Position numbers and translations under genes: made by a program
Shown: one piece after another, positions 1-9,463 of the stretch
Layout of the letters: each line of letters starts with the position of its first letter
How positions within the stretch are numbered: the first letter of the stretch is position 1
Source: a virus
Virus record (IMG/VR): IMGVR_UViG_3300046703_000247
Coordinates: 1 to 64,000 of that record
Length of the DNA stretch: 64,000 nucleotides
Strand: one strand, 5' to 3'
Notes under the pieces: generated by a model
Database searches by the model: none
Told to the model about the DNA's origin: nothing
Seen by the model: the letters and a program-made list of their open reading frames with translations, nothing else

Positions 1-48
1 ATCGGCAGCATGGCCGACTAGCCGTTCGGGGATTTCACGAAACCCTAC

Positions 49-77
49 GGGCGGGGGGCCGCCTCCCGCCCTTCTTT
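49..77 (+). terminator. Rho-independent terminator after an upstream gene ending at 21
   Basis: GGGCGGG-N9-CCCGCCC stem followed by TTCTTT. Confidence 0.55.
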
Positions 78-87
78 CGAGAGGAAT

Positions 88-411
88 ATGAGACTGATTC
101 TCGCTGTGCTACTGACATTCTCGACTATCGGGCTGGCGCAAGATCCACCGGCGGCCACCCCGGCAACTACCGTAATTACCAAGGCTGCGCTCGAAGAACG
201 CCTGGCTGGTCTTCAGAAGAGTCGCGAGCAGACATTAGCTAACCTCAACGCCTACAACGGAGCCATTGAGGAGTGTCAGTACTGGCTCGATCAACTGAGG
301 GCCGAGGAGAAGGCCAAAGAGGAAGCGAAGAAGAAGGCCCCGCCTAAGCCCGCGAACGCGCCCGAGAAACCGGAGGCCAAGAAGCCTCCCGCCGGACCAG
401 CGGCACCGTAG
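88..411 (+). CDS. hypothetical protein, signal peptide + coiled coil + Lys/Pro tail
   Basis: RBS GAGGA; MRLILAVLLTFSTIGLAQ signal-like N-terminus. Confidence 0.75.
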   Translation: MRLILAVLLTFSTIGLAQDPPAATPATTVITKAALEERLAGLQKSREQTLANLNAYNGAIEECQYWLDQLRAEEKAKEEAKKKAPPKPANAPEKPEAKKPPAGPAAP

Positions 412-412
412 C

Positions 413-715
413 GTGGCCAACCAATTCTGGGCGGGCCACGTTCCGCGTTCTTCTGGTCCGCCCTCTCCCACCACCGAAACCGAGGAGTTAAGAACCATGG
501 AAGCCTTTGCAGAGTTCCCGAAGTGGAAGTACCACCCCGCCAAGGGTGGCAAGATCGTCCAGAATCCCGAAGAGGAAGCCGCGCTCGGCGCGAACTGGTA
601 CGAGTCTCCCGCCGACTTCCCCAAGCCCGACGAGATCCAGCCGGAAGCAGCCAGCGAACCCGCCCCGGCCAAATCAGCCAAGCCCAAGCGGCAGAAGAAA
701 CAAGACGGCGAATAG
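413..715 (+). CDS. conserved small phage protein (start may be ATG 497)
   Basis: FPKWKYHP...EEEAALG..W.ESP motif resembling small genes downstream of P22-like coat genes. Confidence 0.65.
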   Translation: MANQFWAGHVPRSSGPPSPTTETEELRTMEAFAEFPKWKYHPAKGGKIVQNPEEEAALGANWYESPADFPKPDEIQPEAASEPAPAKSAKPKRQKKQDGE

Positions 716-731
716 CGCCGCAACTTCAATC

Positions 732-786
732 AGGGAAGAAAAGGTTTGGGAGAGAAACCGCAGGGTTTCGCTCCCGAGGCTGCGGC
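732..786 (+). repeat. hairpin repeat copy R1
   Basis: AGGGAAGAAAAGGTTTGGGAGAGAAACC-GCAG-GGTTTCGCTCCCGAGGCTGCGGC, intergenic. Confidence 0.9.
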
Positions 787-814
787 CTAAACCAACGCAG
801 CAGAGGAGTGTGTC

Positions 815-1171
815 ATGAGAGTCAACAAGACATTCACTGTTGGGGCCAACGAGATCAACGTCGCCACCGGCCTTACAACCGCCGCCGCGCGCGAGAATAG
901 CATGCCGGCGAAGCGGGTCTTCATCCAGATGCTGATGGGTGGATCCGGCCTGGGTTATGTGATGGACGGAATCCCCTGGGGGACCGTGGCGGACTCGACC
1001 GTCGACGGCCATGTGACGGCCCAACTCGCCGTCGCCACCGCCACCGCGCCGGGCGGCAGCTACACCGATAGGTCCCAAACGCCGGGCGCCGACATCGACC
1101 TGTCGAAGCTGTGGGTCCACGGCGCCAATTCGGGGGACAAGATCAAGGTCTCCTACGATTTGCCGGTCTAG
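815..1171 (+). CDS. hypothetical virion-associated protein
   Basis: RBS GAGGAG, beta-rich composition, in late operon. Confidence 0.7.
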   Translation: MRVNKTFTVGANEINVATGLTTAAARENSMPAKRVFIQMLMGGSGLGYVMDGIPWGTVADSTVDGHVTAQLAVATATAPGGSYTDRSQTPGADIDLSKLWVHGANSGDKIKVSYDLPV

Positions 1172-1185
1172 GAGGGAGGACTGCC

Positions 1186-2478
1186 ATGCTGAGACTCAAA
1201 CGCACCATCCTTTTCACGGCGCTCTCGGCCACTCTGGCCTTGGGCCAGCAAGTCACACAGCCATCCGCCGCGGGCGGTGGCGGTGGAGCCACTAGCGTTA
1301 CCGCGCCCGCCGTCATCGGCAAGGGGCAACTCGTCCAGGGCCAGGACGGTGCGCGGGGAATAGCACCGAACACCTCCGACCTCGGCGTGGTGAAGCTGAC
1401 CAAGGGCGTGCCGAGCGCGGCCGCCTCAACCGATCTGAGCGATTCTTCGGGGCTGGCCCGTGGCGCCGCCTCGCTCACCAATGCCGGCAAGGTGCCGGTT
1501 GTGGGAAGCACCCCCGGCACATTGGCCGAGGGGCCGATGTCCTGTGACGCTGTGACAGGGACTTGTACGATACCGACTACAGTGTTTGGCCCGAAGACGA
1601 TTGGCGCGGGCGCATCGCAGTTGCCAGCGGCGGCATCCTGCTCCGGCTGCATCACCATCGTCACGGACGCCTTGACTGCCGGGAGCGCGACGGGCGGCGG
1701 ATCGGCCATCTCGCTACTGAGGAGCAACGGGTCGGCGTGGGTGGCGCTGGGTGGCGGCGGCGGAGCGGCAGCATCTACTGACCTCACGGACTCAGCCGGT
1801 TTGGTACGCGGTGCCGCCGCCCTCACCACCAACAACAAGCTGGTAGAGGTCTCGACCACCGACGGCACAATACAGGAAGTAAGTAACCAGACCGCCAACT
1901 ACATCTACAGTGGTCCGGTATCTGGTGGGGCAGCGGCGCCGGCCTTCCGTGCTTTAGTCTCGGCCGACATCCCCGCCAATGCCGCCAATACGAGCGGAAA
2001 GGCTACGACGGCAGGGGCGGCGGCCACGGTCGCATTGACCGGCACAAATACTATCGCGGGTGGCACAGCCCTGGTTGTGACTGCGGCAGGCAGCGGCTAC
2101 ACGAGCGCCCCTACATCCTCTACGGCTGGCAACGGCACGGCCACATGCAGTGGTACGGCGGTGATTGCCACTGCGATTTCGGTAGCTGATCCGGGAGGAG
2201 CATCGGCCTATCTATTCAACCCCGCAGCCGCTTTAACGTTCCCCGCTCCTGTAGGGGTTGCGGGAGTACAGCGTTGCTATCGGAATGCAACCGGAGGGAC
2301 TGGCGTTATTACGATCAAAATGGCTGCTTCCAACACAGTGGACGTGGATGGAGCAAACGGCAGTTCTGCTGGCACGCTTGTCTCGGGAGGTGCCGTTGGG
2401 GACGCCGCCTGTATCGTTAGTGACGCGGCAAACCACTGGTATGCGTATGTCCAAAAGGGGACTTGGACAAACAACTAG
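1186..2478 (+). CDS. Gly/Ala/Thr-rich fibre-like protein with signal peptide
   Basis: RBS GGAGGGAGGA before ATG 1186; internal repeat AAASTDLSDS/AAASTDLTDS; PAFRALVSADIP fibre-type motif. Confidence 0.7.
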   Translation: MLRLKRTILFTALSATLALGQQVTQPSAAGGGGGATSVTAPAVIGKGQLVQGQDGARGIAPNTSDLGVVKLTKGVPSAAASTDLSDSSGLARGAASLTNAGKVPVVGSTPGTLAEGPMSCDAVTGTCTIPTTVFGPKTIGAGASQLPAAASCSGCITIVTDALTAGSATGGGSAISLLRSNGSAWVALGGGGGAAASTDLTDSAGLVRGAAALTTNNKLVEVSTTDGTIQEVSNQTANYIYSGPVSGGAAAPAFRALVSADIPANAANTSGKATTAGAAATVALTGTNTIAGGTALVVTAAGSGYTSAPTSSTAGNGTATCSGTAVIATAISVADPGGASAYLFNPAAALTFPAPVGVAGVQRCYRNATGGTGVITIKMAASNTVDVDGANGSSAGTLVSGGAVGDAACIVSDAANHWYAYVQKGTWTNN

Positions 2479-2486
2479 GGGCTAAC

Positions 2487-3212
2487 ATGCGATACCTTCT
2501 CGTCCTGATTCTTGCCGCGTCCGCCTACGGTCAGATGCTTCTGCCTATTGTGGGTGGAACTGTTGCGCCAGCTTCGGCCCCTCCTCCGCCTCCTGCAATC
2601 GTTCACTCAAGCCAAAATAGCACAACATCGGGCGTCACCAGCCTCGCTGCTCCATCAATAAACGCAACAACCGGAAACTTAATTGCTGTATATACTCGCA
2701 TCGGCGCTCCGCTAACGGACCCAAACTATGCTTCTGTGGGCGATTCCACTGGGGCTAACACCTACACTCCGCTCACGTCGCGCAACCTCAGTGGTGACGG
2801 CACGGGCCAATGGTTCTACGCGAAGAACATCACCGGAGCGGCCGATCTGGTTGTGACCCTGTACACCACGCAAGGTCGGGCCTACATAGCTCTTCAGGTC
2901 TTCGAGATTTCAGGAGTCTCGGCTACCACCCCGGCTGATGTTGACGCAGGCGGGACATTCAACGGCTCGACCGCGACTACGCCGACATTCAGCACGGCTG
3001 CCGCTGCCGAGATCATCTTGGCCGGGGCCAGCTTCAACAACATCTCAATCACGGCCACGGCGGGCGGGGCGTACACGATGGCCACACAGGATGCCCTTAA
3101 GGTGTCGGCAGTAGAGTACCTCGTGGTGTCGGAAACTCAAACCAACGTGACAGCGGACATGAGTATCACGAGCGCTGGCGGGTCGATCAATGCGGTGAGT
3201 TTCAAACAGTGA
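2487..3212 (+). CDS. secreted/virion Thr/Ala-rich beta-sandwich protein
   Basis: MRYLLVLILAASAYGQ signal peptide; Pro linker. Confidence 0.7.
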   Translation: MRYLLVLILAASAYGQMLLPIVGGTVAPASAPPPPPAIVHSSQNSTTSGVTSLAAPSINATTGNLIAVYTRIGAPLTDPNYASVGDSTGANTYTPLTSRNLSGDGTGQWFYAKNITGAADLVVTLYTTQGRAYIALQVFEISGVSATTPADVDAGGTFNGSTATTPTFSTAAAAEIILAGASFNNISITATAGGAYTMATQDALKVSAVEYLVVSETQTNVTADMSITSAGGSINAVSFKQ

Positions 3213-3252
3213 GGCAGGCACCCTAAATACCGTCCAACGTTCCTAGAACCCC

Positions 3253-3831
3253 ATGAACCCCACAACACTCTGCACACGCCTCCGCGGCCTCGAAGGCGCA
3301 ATCCCCTGGATGTACCTCGATGTGAAAGGCCTGGTCACCGTGGGAACCGGGCATCTACTCGAAACCCCCGAGGAAGCGGCCACGCTGCCCTTTATCGCGC
3401 GCGCGAGCGGGCTCCCTGCGGCGCCCTCCGTGATCGAGTTCAACTGGCAGTTGGTAAAGCGCGCCAAACCGGCCATGCTCGCGAGCTATTACCGGCGGTT
3501 CACCTCGATTGAGTTGCGCCCGGCGGCCATCGACCAGTTGCTTATAACCGACATCGAAGTCCACTGGCAGGGAGTGCTCACAGTCCGCCCCGAGTGCGCC
3601 GGCTTCCCCGAGCCCGCACAGCAGATCGTCGCCGAGATGGCGTTTGCATTGGGAGTTGGTGGGCTGCTCGCCTACAAGAAGATGCTCGGTGCCATGGCGC
3701 GCGGCGACTGGGACACGGCCGCATTCGAATCCCACCGCTCCGACATGCTCGCCTGGCGCAATGACGAGATGGCCAAGCTGATCCGCAGTATTCCGGCCGG
3801 CCTCGCGCCCGACACTTCACAGCTCGCCTGA
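3253..3831 (+). CDS. lysozyme-family (GH24-like) endolysin
   Basis: LEG...YLDVKGLVTVGTGHL catalytic E-x8-D-x5-T arrangement; GDWDTAAFE near C-terminus. Confidence 0.8.
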   Translation: MNPTTLCTRLRGLEGAIPWMYLDVKGLVTVGTGHLLETPEEAATLPFIARASGLPAAPSVIEFNWQLVKRAKPAMLASYYRRFTSIELRPAAIDQLLITDIEVHWQGVLTVRPECAGFPEPAQQIVAEMAFALGVGGLLAYKKMLGAMARGDWDTAAFESHRSDMLAWRNDEMAKLIRSIPAGLAPDTSQLA

Positions 3832-3869
3832 GGCGAGCGCAACCAAATCGAAAACAGGAAGGATTCATT

Positions 3870-4370
3870 ATGAACTCGCTCAAGAGAATTCTGGGAGGCG
3901 CCGCTCTCGCGCTTCTCGTCGCAGGCCTCGCGTTCGCCCAAGACAACTCGCCCCGCCAGTTTGCCGGCGCCGGCGCCAGTTGGAACCAGTTCTCCTCGCC
4001 GCAGATCAACGGGCTGCTCGTGTACGCGCACCGGCTCACCGGCAACGAATACCCGACCTACTCTTTCAGCGCCATCAACCTGCTGAGCGTCTCCCGAAAT
4101 CCGTTCAAGCTCCTAACGACCACGGAAACCGGCGTCGCTCAGTACCTGACGAAGTTCGGGCCGTTCTCGGTTTATGGCCTGGGCACGGCGGGCATGGCCG
4201 CGGTGGGAACCGCTGAGGGGACCAGCACGGGCTACGTCTTGGGAACGGGCGCGCTGGCGCTCGCGGGCTTCAAGGGAGGCTGGAAGGTCGGGCCGTACCT
4301 GCGCGTCATCAAGAGTTCGCTCGCCGAGCGCCAATGGGCCGTAGGAGTGATGGTCGGCTGGGGGGAATAG
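3870..4370 (+). CDS. exported protein, possible outer-membrane beta-barrel
   Basis: Signal peptide ending AFA-Q; alternating hydrophobic beta strands; C-terminal VMVGWGE. Confidence 0.6.
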   Translation: MNSLKRILGGAALALLVAGLAFAQDNSPRQFAGAGASWNQFSSPQINGLLVYAHRLTGNEYPTYSFSAINLLSVSRNPFKLLTTTETGVAQYLTKFGPFSVYGLGTAGMAAVGTAEGTSTGYVLGTGALALAGFKGGWKVGPYLRVIKSSLAERQWAVGVMVGWGE

Positions 4371-4371
4371 C

Positions 4372-5055
4372 ATGGCAACCGTCCTCGACGTCATTAAGAG
4401 TTCCATGCGCAAGATCGGCGCGCTGGGGCAGGGGGAAACGCCCTCGGTCTCGGAAGCCGCCGATGCCTTGGCAGCGCTCAACCTGCTGCTCGCGAGCTGG
4501 AGCATTGAGCGCATCAACATCTACACCAAGTTGCGCTCGACCCACGCGCTGCAGGCAAACGTCCAGACCTACACGATTGGTGTAGGCGGGGTTTTCAACG
4601 TGGCGCGGCCGGTGATGCTCGACGCGGCCAAGATTCTGCAGTCGAACGGCCTCGAAAGCGAGTTGGCCATTCTGAAGCGCGCCGAGGACTGGAACGCCAT
4701 CCCCGAGAAGAGTGTCGCAGCGGTTCAGCCGCTCTCGCTCTATGACGATTACGCCTACCCGCTCTCGACGCTGCACTTGTGGCCCAAACCCTCTGGGACG
4801 CCCACGCTGGTTCTCGTGAGCTGGCAGCAGTTGACCGGGTTCACTCTCGTAACCGACACCTTCGATCTGCCGCCGGGCTACCAGCTTCCGATTGAGTGCA
4901 GCCTGGCGGTGCTCATCGCGCCCGACTATGGGCGGGAGATTCCGGCAGCAGTAGCTTCAATCGCGGGGAGCTCGAGAAGTACGGTCGCGCAGATGAACGT
5001 GGCGCAGGGGCTGCCGGAGATCCCGAGTGGTCCGCCGCAGCAGCAGGCCGGTTAG
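4372..5055 (+). CDS. head-tail adaptor, P22 gp4-like (paralogue 1)
   Basis: DVIKSSMRKIGALGQGETPS..EAADALAALN.LL.SW; LWPKP; LPPGY...L..LA motifs. Confidence 0.75.
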   Translation: MATVLDVIKSSMRKIGALGQGETPSVSEAADALAALNLLLASWSIERINIYTKLRSTHALQANVQTYTIGVGGVFNVARPVMLDAAKILQSNGLESELAILKRAEDWNAIPEKSVAAVQPLSLYDDYAYPLSTLHLWPKPSGTPTLVLVSWQQLTGFTLVTDTFDLPPGYQLPIECSLAVLIAPDYGREIPAAVASIAGSSRSTVAQMNVAQGLPEIPSGPPQQQAG

Positions 5056-5127
5056 GTTTCGCCTTTTCTATTCCCCATCCTAAGTTGGGGTAATTCCACT
5101 ACTTACGGGCGAAATCAGGTTTTCATG

Positions 5128-5157
5128 ATTGTGCCGCAAATTGGCCGGGGTTGTCAA
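5128..5157 (-). promoter_or_regulatory. sigma70-like promoter, antisense to adaptor gene
   Basis: TTGACA-18-CACAAT on - strand next to repeat R2. Confidence 0.4.
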
Positions 5158-5169
5158 GCACAATTCTCA

Positions 5170-5225
5170 GCCGCAGCCACCAGAGGCGAAACCTGCGGTT
5201 TCTCCCCCGGTACCCCTTCTTCCCT
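5170..5225 (-). repeat. hairpin repeat copy R2
   Basis: rev-comp AGGGAAGAAGGGGTACCGGGGGAGAAACCGCAGGTTTCGCCTCTGGTGGCTGCGGC. Confidence 0.9.
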
Positions 5226-5441
5226 TCAGCACCCGAGCGGACGGCTCAGAATGAACCGTTGCGGCGATTGGCTGATGGCGGCAATCTCTCTTGGCGGTAG
5301 ATCGGGCATGTCAACCCATTTGACCGGGCGCCCGAATAATTCGCGCGGCTCCGCTTCCGAATGGAGCGTAAGCCGAACCACATCTTGCATCGGCCGTTCT
5401 TTACTGACCGGCCTTTTGAGCGATTCCACAATTTGGCTCAT
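5226..5441 (-). CDS. cassette mini-gene between R2 and R3
   Basis: Fills the R2-R3 interval almost exactly; TGGTACAAC extended -10-like box just upstream of ATG. Confidence 0.6.
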   Translation of the reverse strand: MSQIVESLKRPVSKERPMQDVVRLTLHSEAEPRELFGRPVKWVDMPDLPPREIAAISQSPQRFILSRPLGC

Positions 5442-5460
5442 GTCTCCGTTGTACCACCGA

Positions 5461-5516
5461 AGGGAAGAAAAAGGTTCGGAAAAAGAAACCTCGGTTTCGT
5501 TTTCCGAGGCTTCGGC
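5461..5516 (+). repeat. hairpin repeat copy R3
   Basis: AGGGAAGAAAAAGGTTCGGAAAAAGAAACC-TC-GGTTTCGTTTTCCGAGGCTTCGGC. Confidence 0.9.
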
Positions 5517-5547
5517 ATAAACAGCCGCCTAGAAACGAGAACAGCCC

Positions 5548-6348
5548 ATGAGCACCCCCCCAGCTTCAGCCTTCCCGCAAACCGCCGCCTGGAACGCCTC
5601 GATCTTCGGCGGCCCCGGCGTAACCGTGGGGTCGGACATCCTCTATCCGGCCCTGCGCCTACTGCGTCTGATCCGCCCCGGTCAAGGCCCCCAACCCGAA
5701 ATCCTCACCGAAGCGCTAGCGGCACTGAACTCGATGATCGACTCGTGGAACATCGAGCGGTTGATGATCTACGCCGTATTGCGCAGCGTGTTCACCCTGG
5801 TTGCAAGCGACGGAGACTACAGCATCGGCCCTTCGGGAGACTGGCTCGTGGATAGCCGACCGTCGCGCGTGGAGAAGGCCGGCCTGATCGACATCAGCAA
5901 TCCGGCGCAGCCGCTCGAGCTGCCCATCGAGGTCCTCACCCTCGACAAGTGGAAGGCGATCACGCTCAAGAGTCTCGCCTCCACCCTCCCGCTGAGCCTC
6001 TACTACGACCAGAACCTGGACGTGGGCTCGGGCATGGTCTACGTCTGGCCGGTCCCGACCGTGGCCAACCAGGTGGCGCTCTACCTGTGGCGCTCCCTGC
6101 TCATGTTCCAAAGCGTGGAAGAGGCTTTCGATGTGCCGCAGGGCTACCTGCGTGCCTTGAAGTACAACCTGGCGGTGGAACTCGCGCCGTCCTATGAGAA
6201 CGCCGTGCTCAGCCCGCGGGTGGTGCAGACAGCGGCGGAAAGCAAAGCCCGGATCAAGAGCCTGAACGCGCCCTCGCTCGTGATGCGCTGCGACTCGGGG
6301 CTGCTCAACAACTCCGGCGGTGGGTCGGACTGGAGGACGGGGCAGTAG
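5548..6348 (+). CDS. head-tail adaptor, P22 gp4-like (paralogue 2)
   Basis: Aligns by eye with 4372..5055 (ALAALN..I.SW.IER, PLSLY, WP.P, P.GY..L..LAV). Confidence 0.75.
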   Translation: MSTPPASAFPQTAAWNASIFGGPGVTVGSDILYPALRLLRLIRPGQGPQPEILTEALAALNSMIDSWNIERLMIYAVLRSVFTLVASDGDYSIGPSGDWLVDSRPSRVEKAGLIDISNPAQPLELPIEVLTLDKWKAITLKSLASTLPLSLYYDQNLDVGSGMVYVWPVPTVANQVALYLWRSLLMFQSVEEAFDVPQGYLRALKYNLAVELAPSYENAVLSPRVVQTAAESKARIKSLNAPSLVMRCDSGLLNNSGGGSDWRTGQ

Positions 6349-6349
6349 G

Positions 6350-7471
6350 ATGTCGTTCGCCAACGGCTACACATACCGGCGCTCGATCACGGTCGATAAG
6401 GATCTCGTCCCGAACACCGATCAGACGGATTTCCCGGTTCTGGTTTCGGGGACCTATTCCTACCTCGCGCACACGACGCACGGAGGGCTCTGCACCGATC
6501 TGAATGGCTACGACATCGCATTCTATGCCGACGAAGCCGGAACAACGCCGCTCTACTGGGAGATCGAGTCGTACAACCACGAAACCGGCGCGGTGGTGTT
6601 CTGGGTGAAGGTGTCGCTCGCCACGGCGTCTGACACGGTATTCTACGTCTTCTACAGCAACGCCTCCGTCAGCACATTCCAGAGCACCGCGGCGAGCGTT
6701 TGGAGCGCGTCCTTTGTAAGCGTCTTTCACCACAAGGACACCAACGGTACGGACAGTCTCGGTGCCAACAATCTGGCAGGTATCACAGGCACTCCCGATG
6801 CAGCGGCAGGTCAAATCAACGGGGGGATGTACTGTAACAACGAGAGCAAATATAAAGCCGCGCCAGTGTCCGGGATTCCCAGCGGAACAGCCGCCAGAAC
6901 CTACTCTAAGTGGTTTAAGTTGGCCGCCACCGGGCAGGTTGACAAGTATATGGGTGGGTGGGGAGACACAGGGGTGGGAGCCAATGGAACCGCTTGGGTA
7001 TTTACTGTCTGGAACTCTGGAGCCAACTGGTACGTCAGCCTTCACACGACCGGAAGCGGCGGAACTGCTTATTTCACCCAAGACACGGAATGGCACCATC
7101 TTGTCGCCACACTACCGACGGGCGGTGGGAATGCCGACATTAAAATCTACCTAGATGGAGTAGACGGCACTCTTGCGGGAGCGACTGGCACCATCAATAC
7201 CTCTGTTGCTGGCGGAATATCTGCCGGGGATCGCCCTTACGTTGGCGCTGGTGCCAACTTCACAATGGACGAGGAACGCATCTCATCCATTGTCCGCTCC
7301 GCCGACTGGATCGCCACCGAGTACAACAACCAGTCCGACCCGAGCACGTTCTACGCGGTGGGGGACCAGGCGGAAGCGGGTGGCGAACCACCGGCCGGGG
7401 GAATGAACCCAGGCATCCTGCGCGGTCTCAACCGCGGCCTCAACCGCGGTATGGCCGCAAGACTTCAATGA
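6350..7471 (+). CDS. DUF2341 + LamG/ConA-like domain protein
   Basis: YRRSITVD...DFPVLV...LYWEIESY...WVKV; WHHLVAT..IYLDG; MDEERIS..RSADWIATEYNNQ. Confidence 0.8.
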   Translation: MSFANGYTYRRSITVDKDLVPNTDQTDFPVLVSGTYSYLAHTTHGGLCTDLNGYDIAFYADEAGTTPLYWEIESYNHETGAVVFWVKVSLATASDTVFYVFYSNASVSTFQSTAASVWSASFVSVFHHKDTNGTDSLGANNLAGITGTPDAAAGQINGGMYCNNESKYKAAPVSGIPSGTAARTYSKWFKLAATGQVDKYMGGWGDTGVGANGTAWVFTVWNSGANWYVSLHTTGSGGTAYFTQDTEWHHLVATLPTGGGNADIKIYLDGVDGTLAGATGTINTSVAGGISAGDRPYVGAGANFTMDEERISSIVRSADWIATEYNNQSDPSTFYAVGDQAEAGGEPPAGGMNPGILRGLNRGLNRGMAARLQ

Positions 7472-8394
7472 AAATCCTCCACCTGATGTCCAAGGAAGAC
7501 AGCGGCCTGAGCCGCAGCACGCTCGAACTCGCCAAGTACGAGGAGTTGGCGGGGCACACCGCCACCATCCGACAGCCCTCGGGCGGCGGGCTGATCTTCG
7601 GGCACGGCAAAGAGTACGACATCACCTGCGCCCACCACCAACTCGACCCCAACCAGTACCACGACGGCAAGCCCAAGTTCCTGTGGTGCCACGGTGAGCC
7701 GCTGTCCTCGGTTGGCAACGGGATCTCGATGAAAGCGGTGGTCGAGATGGCCCCCATGTGCTCGGCGTTCATCGCCATGCGCAAGGACGAGGTTACGATC
7801 TGGAAGGCGATTAAGAATGAAACCTACCTCGTGGACAAAGGCATCGACCTGGACGCCTACAAGCCGCTTCCGGGAATCACGGAGCGGCTCTCGGGCGAAC
7901 CGGCGGTTCTCTACTACGAGAACTGGCGCGGGCAGCGCAACCCGCTGTACTGGTGCATCGCCATGCAGAAGGTCCATCAGAAGTATCCCAACGCCCGGCT
8001 GCACCTCTACAACTGCACCGACAAGCGCATGTACGAAACCTTCCAGGCGCTCAACACCCACTGCCATTGGTGGCCGTTCCTGCGGACGATCTCGGGCTCC
8101 GTAGAGGACGTGAACCTGCTCCTGAACCGGGTGGACATCGTGGTGAGCGGGCTGTACCCGCTGTACGCCCGCTCGATCGAGGCGTTCGGGGCGGGGAAGG
8201 CGTTCATCTCTCCGGGCTACAAGGAGCACGACTACCCCTGGACGTGCGACTACGACCCCGATTCGATGGCCGACGTCCTACTGAAGTGCTTCGAAAACTA
8301 TGACCAGGTGAACTACCGCAAGTACGCCGAGGAGCACCACGACGTTCGGAAGACCGTTGTGCAGTCGATCAAGATCTACGAGAGGTTCCTGTGA
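7468..8394 (+). CDS. GT-B fold glycosyltransferase (GT4-like)
   Basis: MKILHL N-terminus; GIDL..Y.P; DIVV......IEAFGAGK nucleotide-sugar binding motif. Confidence 0.7.
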   Translation: MKILHLMSKEDSGLSRSTLELAKYEELAGHTATIRQPSGGGLIFGHGKEYDITCAHHQLDPNQYHDGKPKFLWCHGEPLSSVGNGISMKAVVEMAPMCSAFIAMRKDEVTIWKAIKNETYLVDKGIDLDAYKPLPGITERLSGEPAVLYYENWRGQRNPLYWCIAMQKVHQKYPNARLHLYNCTDKRMYETFQALNTHCHWWPFLRTISGSVEDVNLLLNRVDIVVSGLYPLYARSIEAFGAGKAFISPGYKEHDYPWTCDYDPDSMADVLLKCFENYDQVNYRKYAEEHHDVRKTVVQSIKIYERFL

Positions 8395-8957
8395 ACATCT
8401 GTGTGGCTGGGTTTTACTTTCACAAGCCACTAGTGGACCTGCTGATCGGGACCAACGCCTTCTTCGTCTGTCACAAGCCGGTCCCGCTGAATGCCTTCTT
8501 CGGGATGCAGTGTGAGTTCATCCGCAACGTCGGTCTGGAGTTCGGCTGCTACGACTGGTACCTGAAGAACAAGTGGGTGGGCGGCCCGGTTCTCTTCCTG
8601 CACGACGACAACGAGATCACCCAGGAAGCCCTGGACGCTATCGCCACCATTCAGCAGGACCAGGTCTTCCTGTTCGCAAGCGAAGCCGAAGCCGAGGCCA
8701 ACGGCAAAGCCCACGGCCGCGCGATGTTCTGCTCTGAACGGTTTCTCAACCGGCTGAAAACGGACAGCGGTTTCTGGTACGACGAGGGGCCGATCACAAG
8801 CGTGGCGATCCCGGCAACCTCGGCCGAGGAGCCCAACTACCACAACGCCGGCATCCAGACCTTCGTCGCCTACCTGAAGTCTCTACCGAAAGAGTTCTCG
8901 GTGAATCGCGTGGGCATCCTCAAAGGATTGAAAACAGGCTACCGGGGGCGGCTGTGA
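8391..8957 (+). CDS. putative GT-A glycosyltransferase-like protein
   Basis: N.GLEFG and LFLHDD (DxD-like) motifs; coupled to GT gene. Confidence 0.5.
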   Translation: MNICVAGFYFHKPLVDLLIGTNAFFVCHKPVPLNAFFGMQCEFIRNVGLEFGCYDWYLKNKWVGGPVLFLHDDNEITQEALDAIATIQQDQVFLFASEAEAEANGKAHGRAMFCSERFLNRLKTDSGFWYDEGPITSVAIPATSAEEPNYHNAGIQTFVAYLKSLPKEFSVNRVGILKGLKTGYRGRL

Positions 8958-9463
8958 CCAAGATCAACCTCTGCTGCGGGCAGAGCATCCTCCCCGGCTA
9001 CGTGAATGTGGACGCCTGGCCCGGCGCCGGTGTGGACGTGGTACTGGACGCCCGCGACCTCCAATACGACGAGGGGATTGTGGACGAAGTCCTGATGTTC
9101 CACTGCATTGAGCACTTCTCGCTGGATGATGCCTGCGCCCTGCTCCGCAAGGTCTTCCGCTGGCTCAAACCGGGAGGGCATGTGATTGTCGAGGGGCCGG
9201 ATGTGCGGAAGGCCGTCGAGAACTGCAAGACCGGAGACTTCGACGCCATCAAGGGCATCTTCGGTGACATCGCGGAGCTGCGCAAGGGCAAGGAAGGCTA
9301 CCAGCACAAGTGGGGCTGGACCGGGGCGCTGATGCAGCAGGAGTTGGCCTCCGCCGGCTTCAACGTCGGCGAGGTGGAGGCGGGTCTCTCGCACTCTCCG
9401 CACGAATGGCGCGACTACCGAGTGGTCGGATTCAAACCCCAGGCGGTGAAACATGGCCTTTAA
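8954..9463 (+). CDS. class I SAM-dependent methyltransferase
   Basis: KINLCCG...GYVNVD; H.IEHF; RWLKPGG motifs. Confidence 0.85.
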   Translation: MTKINLCCGQSILPGYVNVDAWPGAGVDVVLDARDLQYDEGIVDEVLMFHCIEHFSLDDACALLRKVFRWLKPGGHVIVEGPDVRKAVENCKTGDFDAIKGIFGDIAELRKGKEGYQHKWGWTGALMQQELASAGFNVGEVEAGLSHSPHEWRDYRVVGFKPQAVKHGL

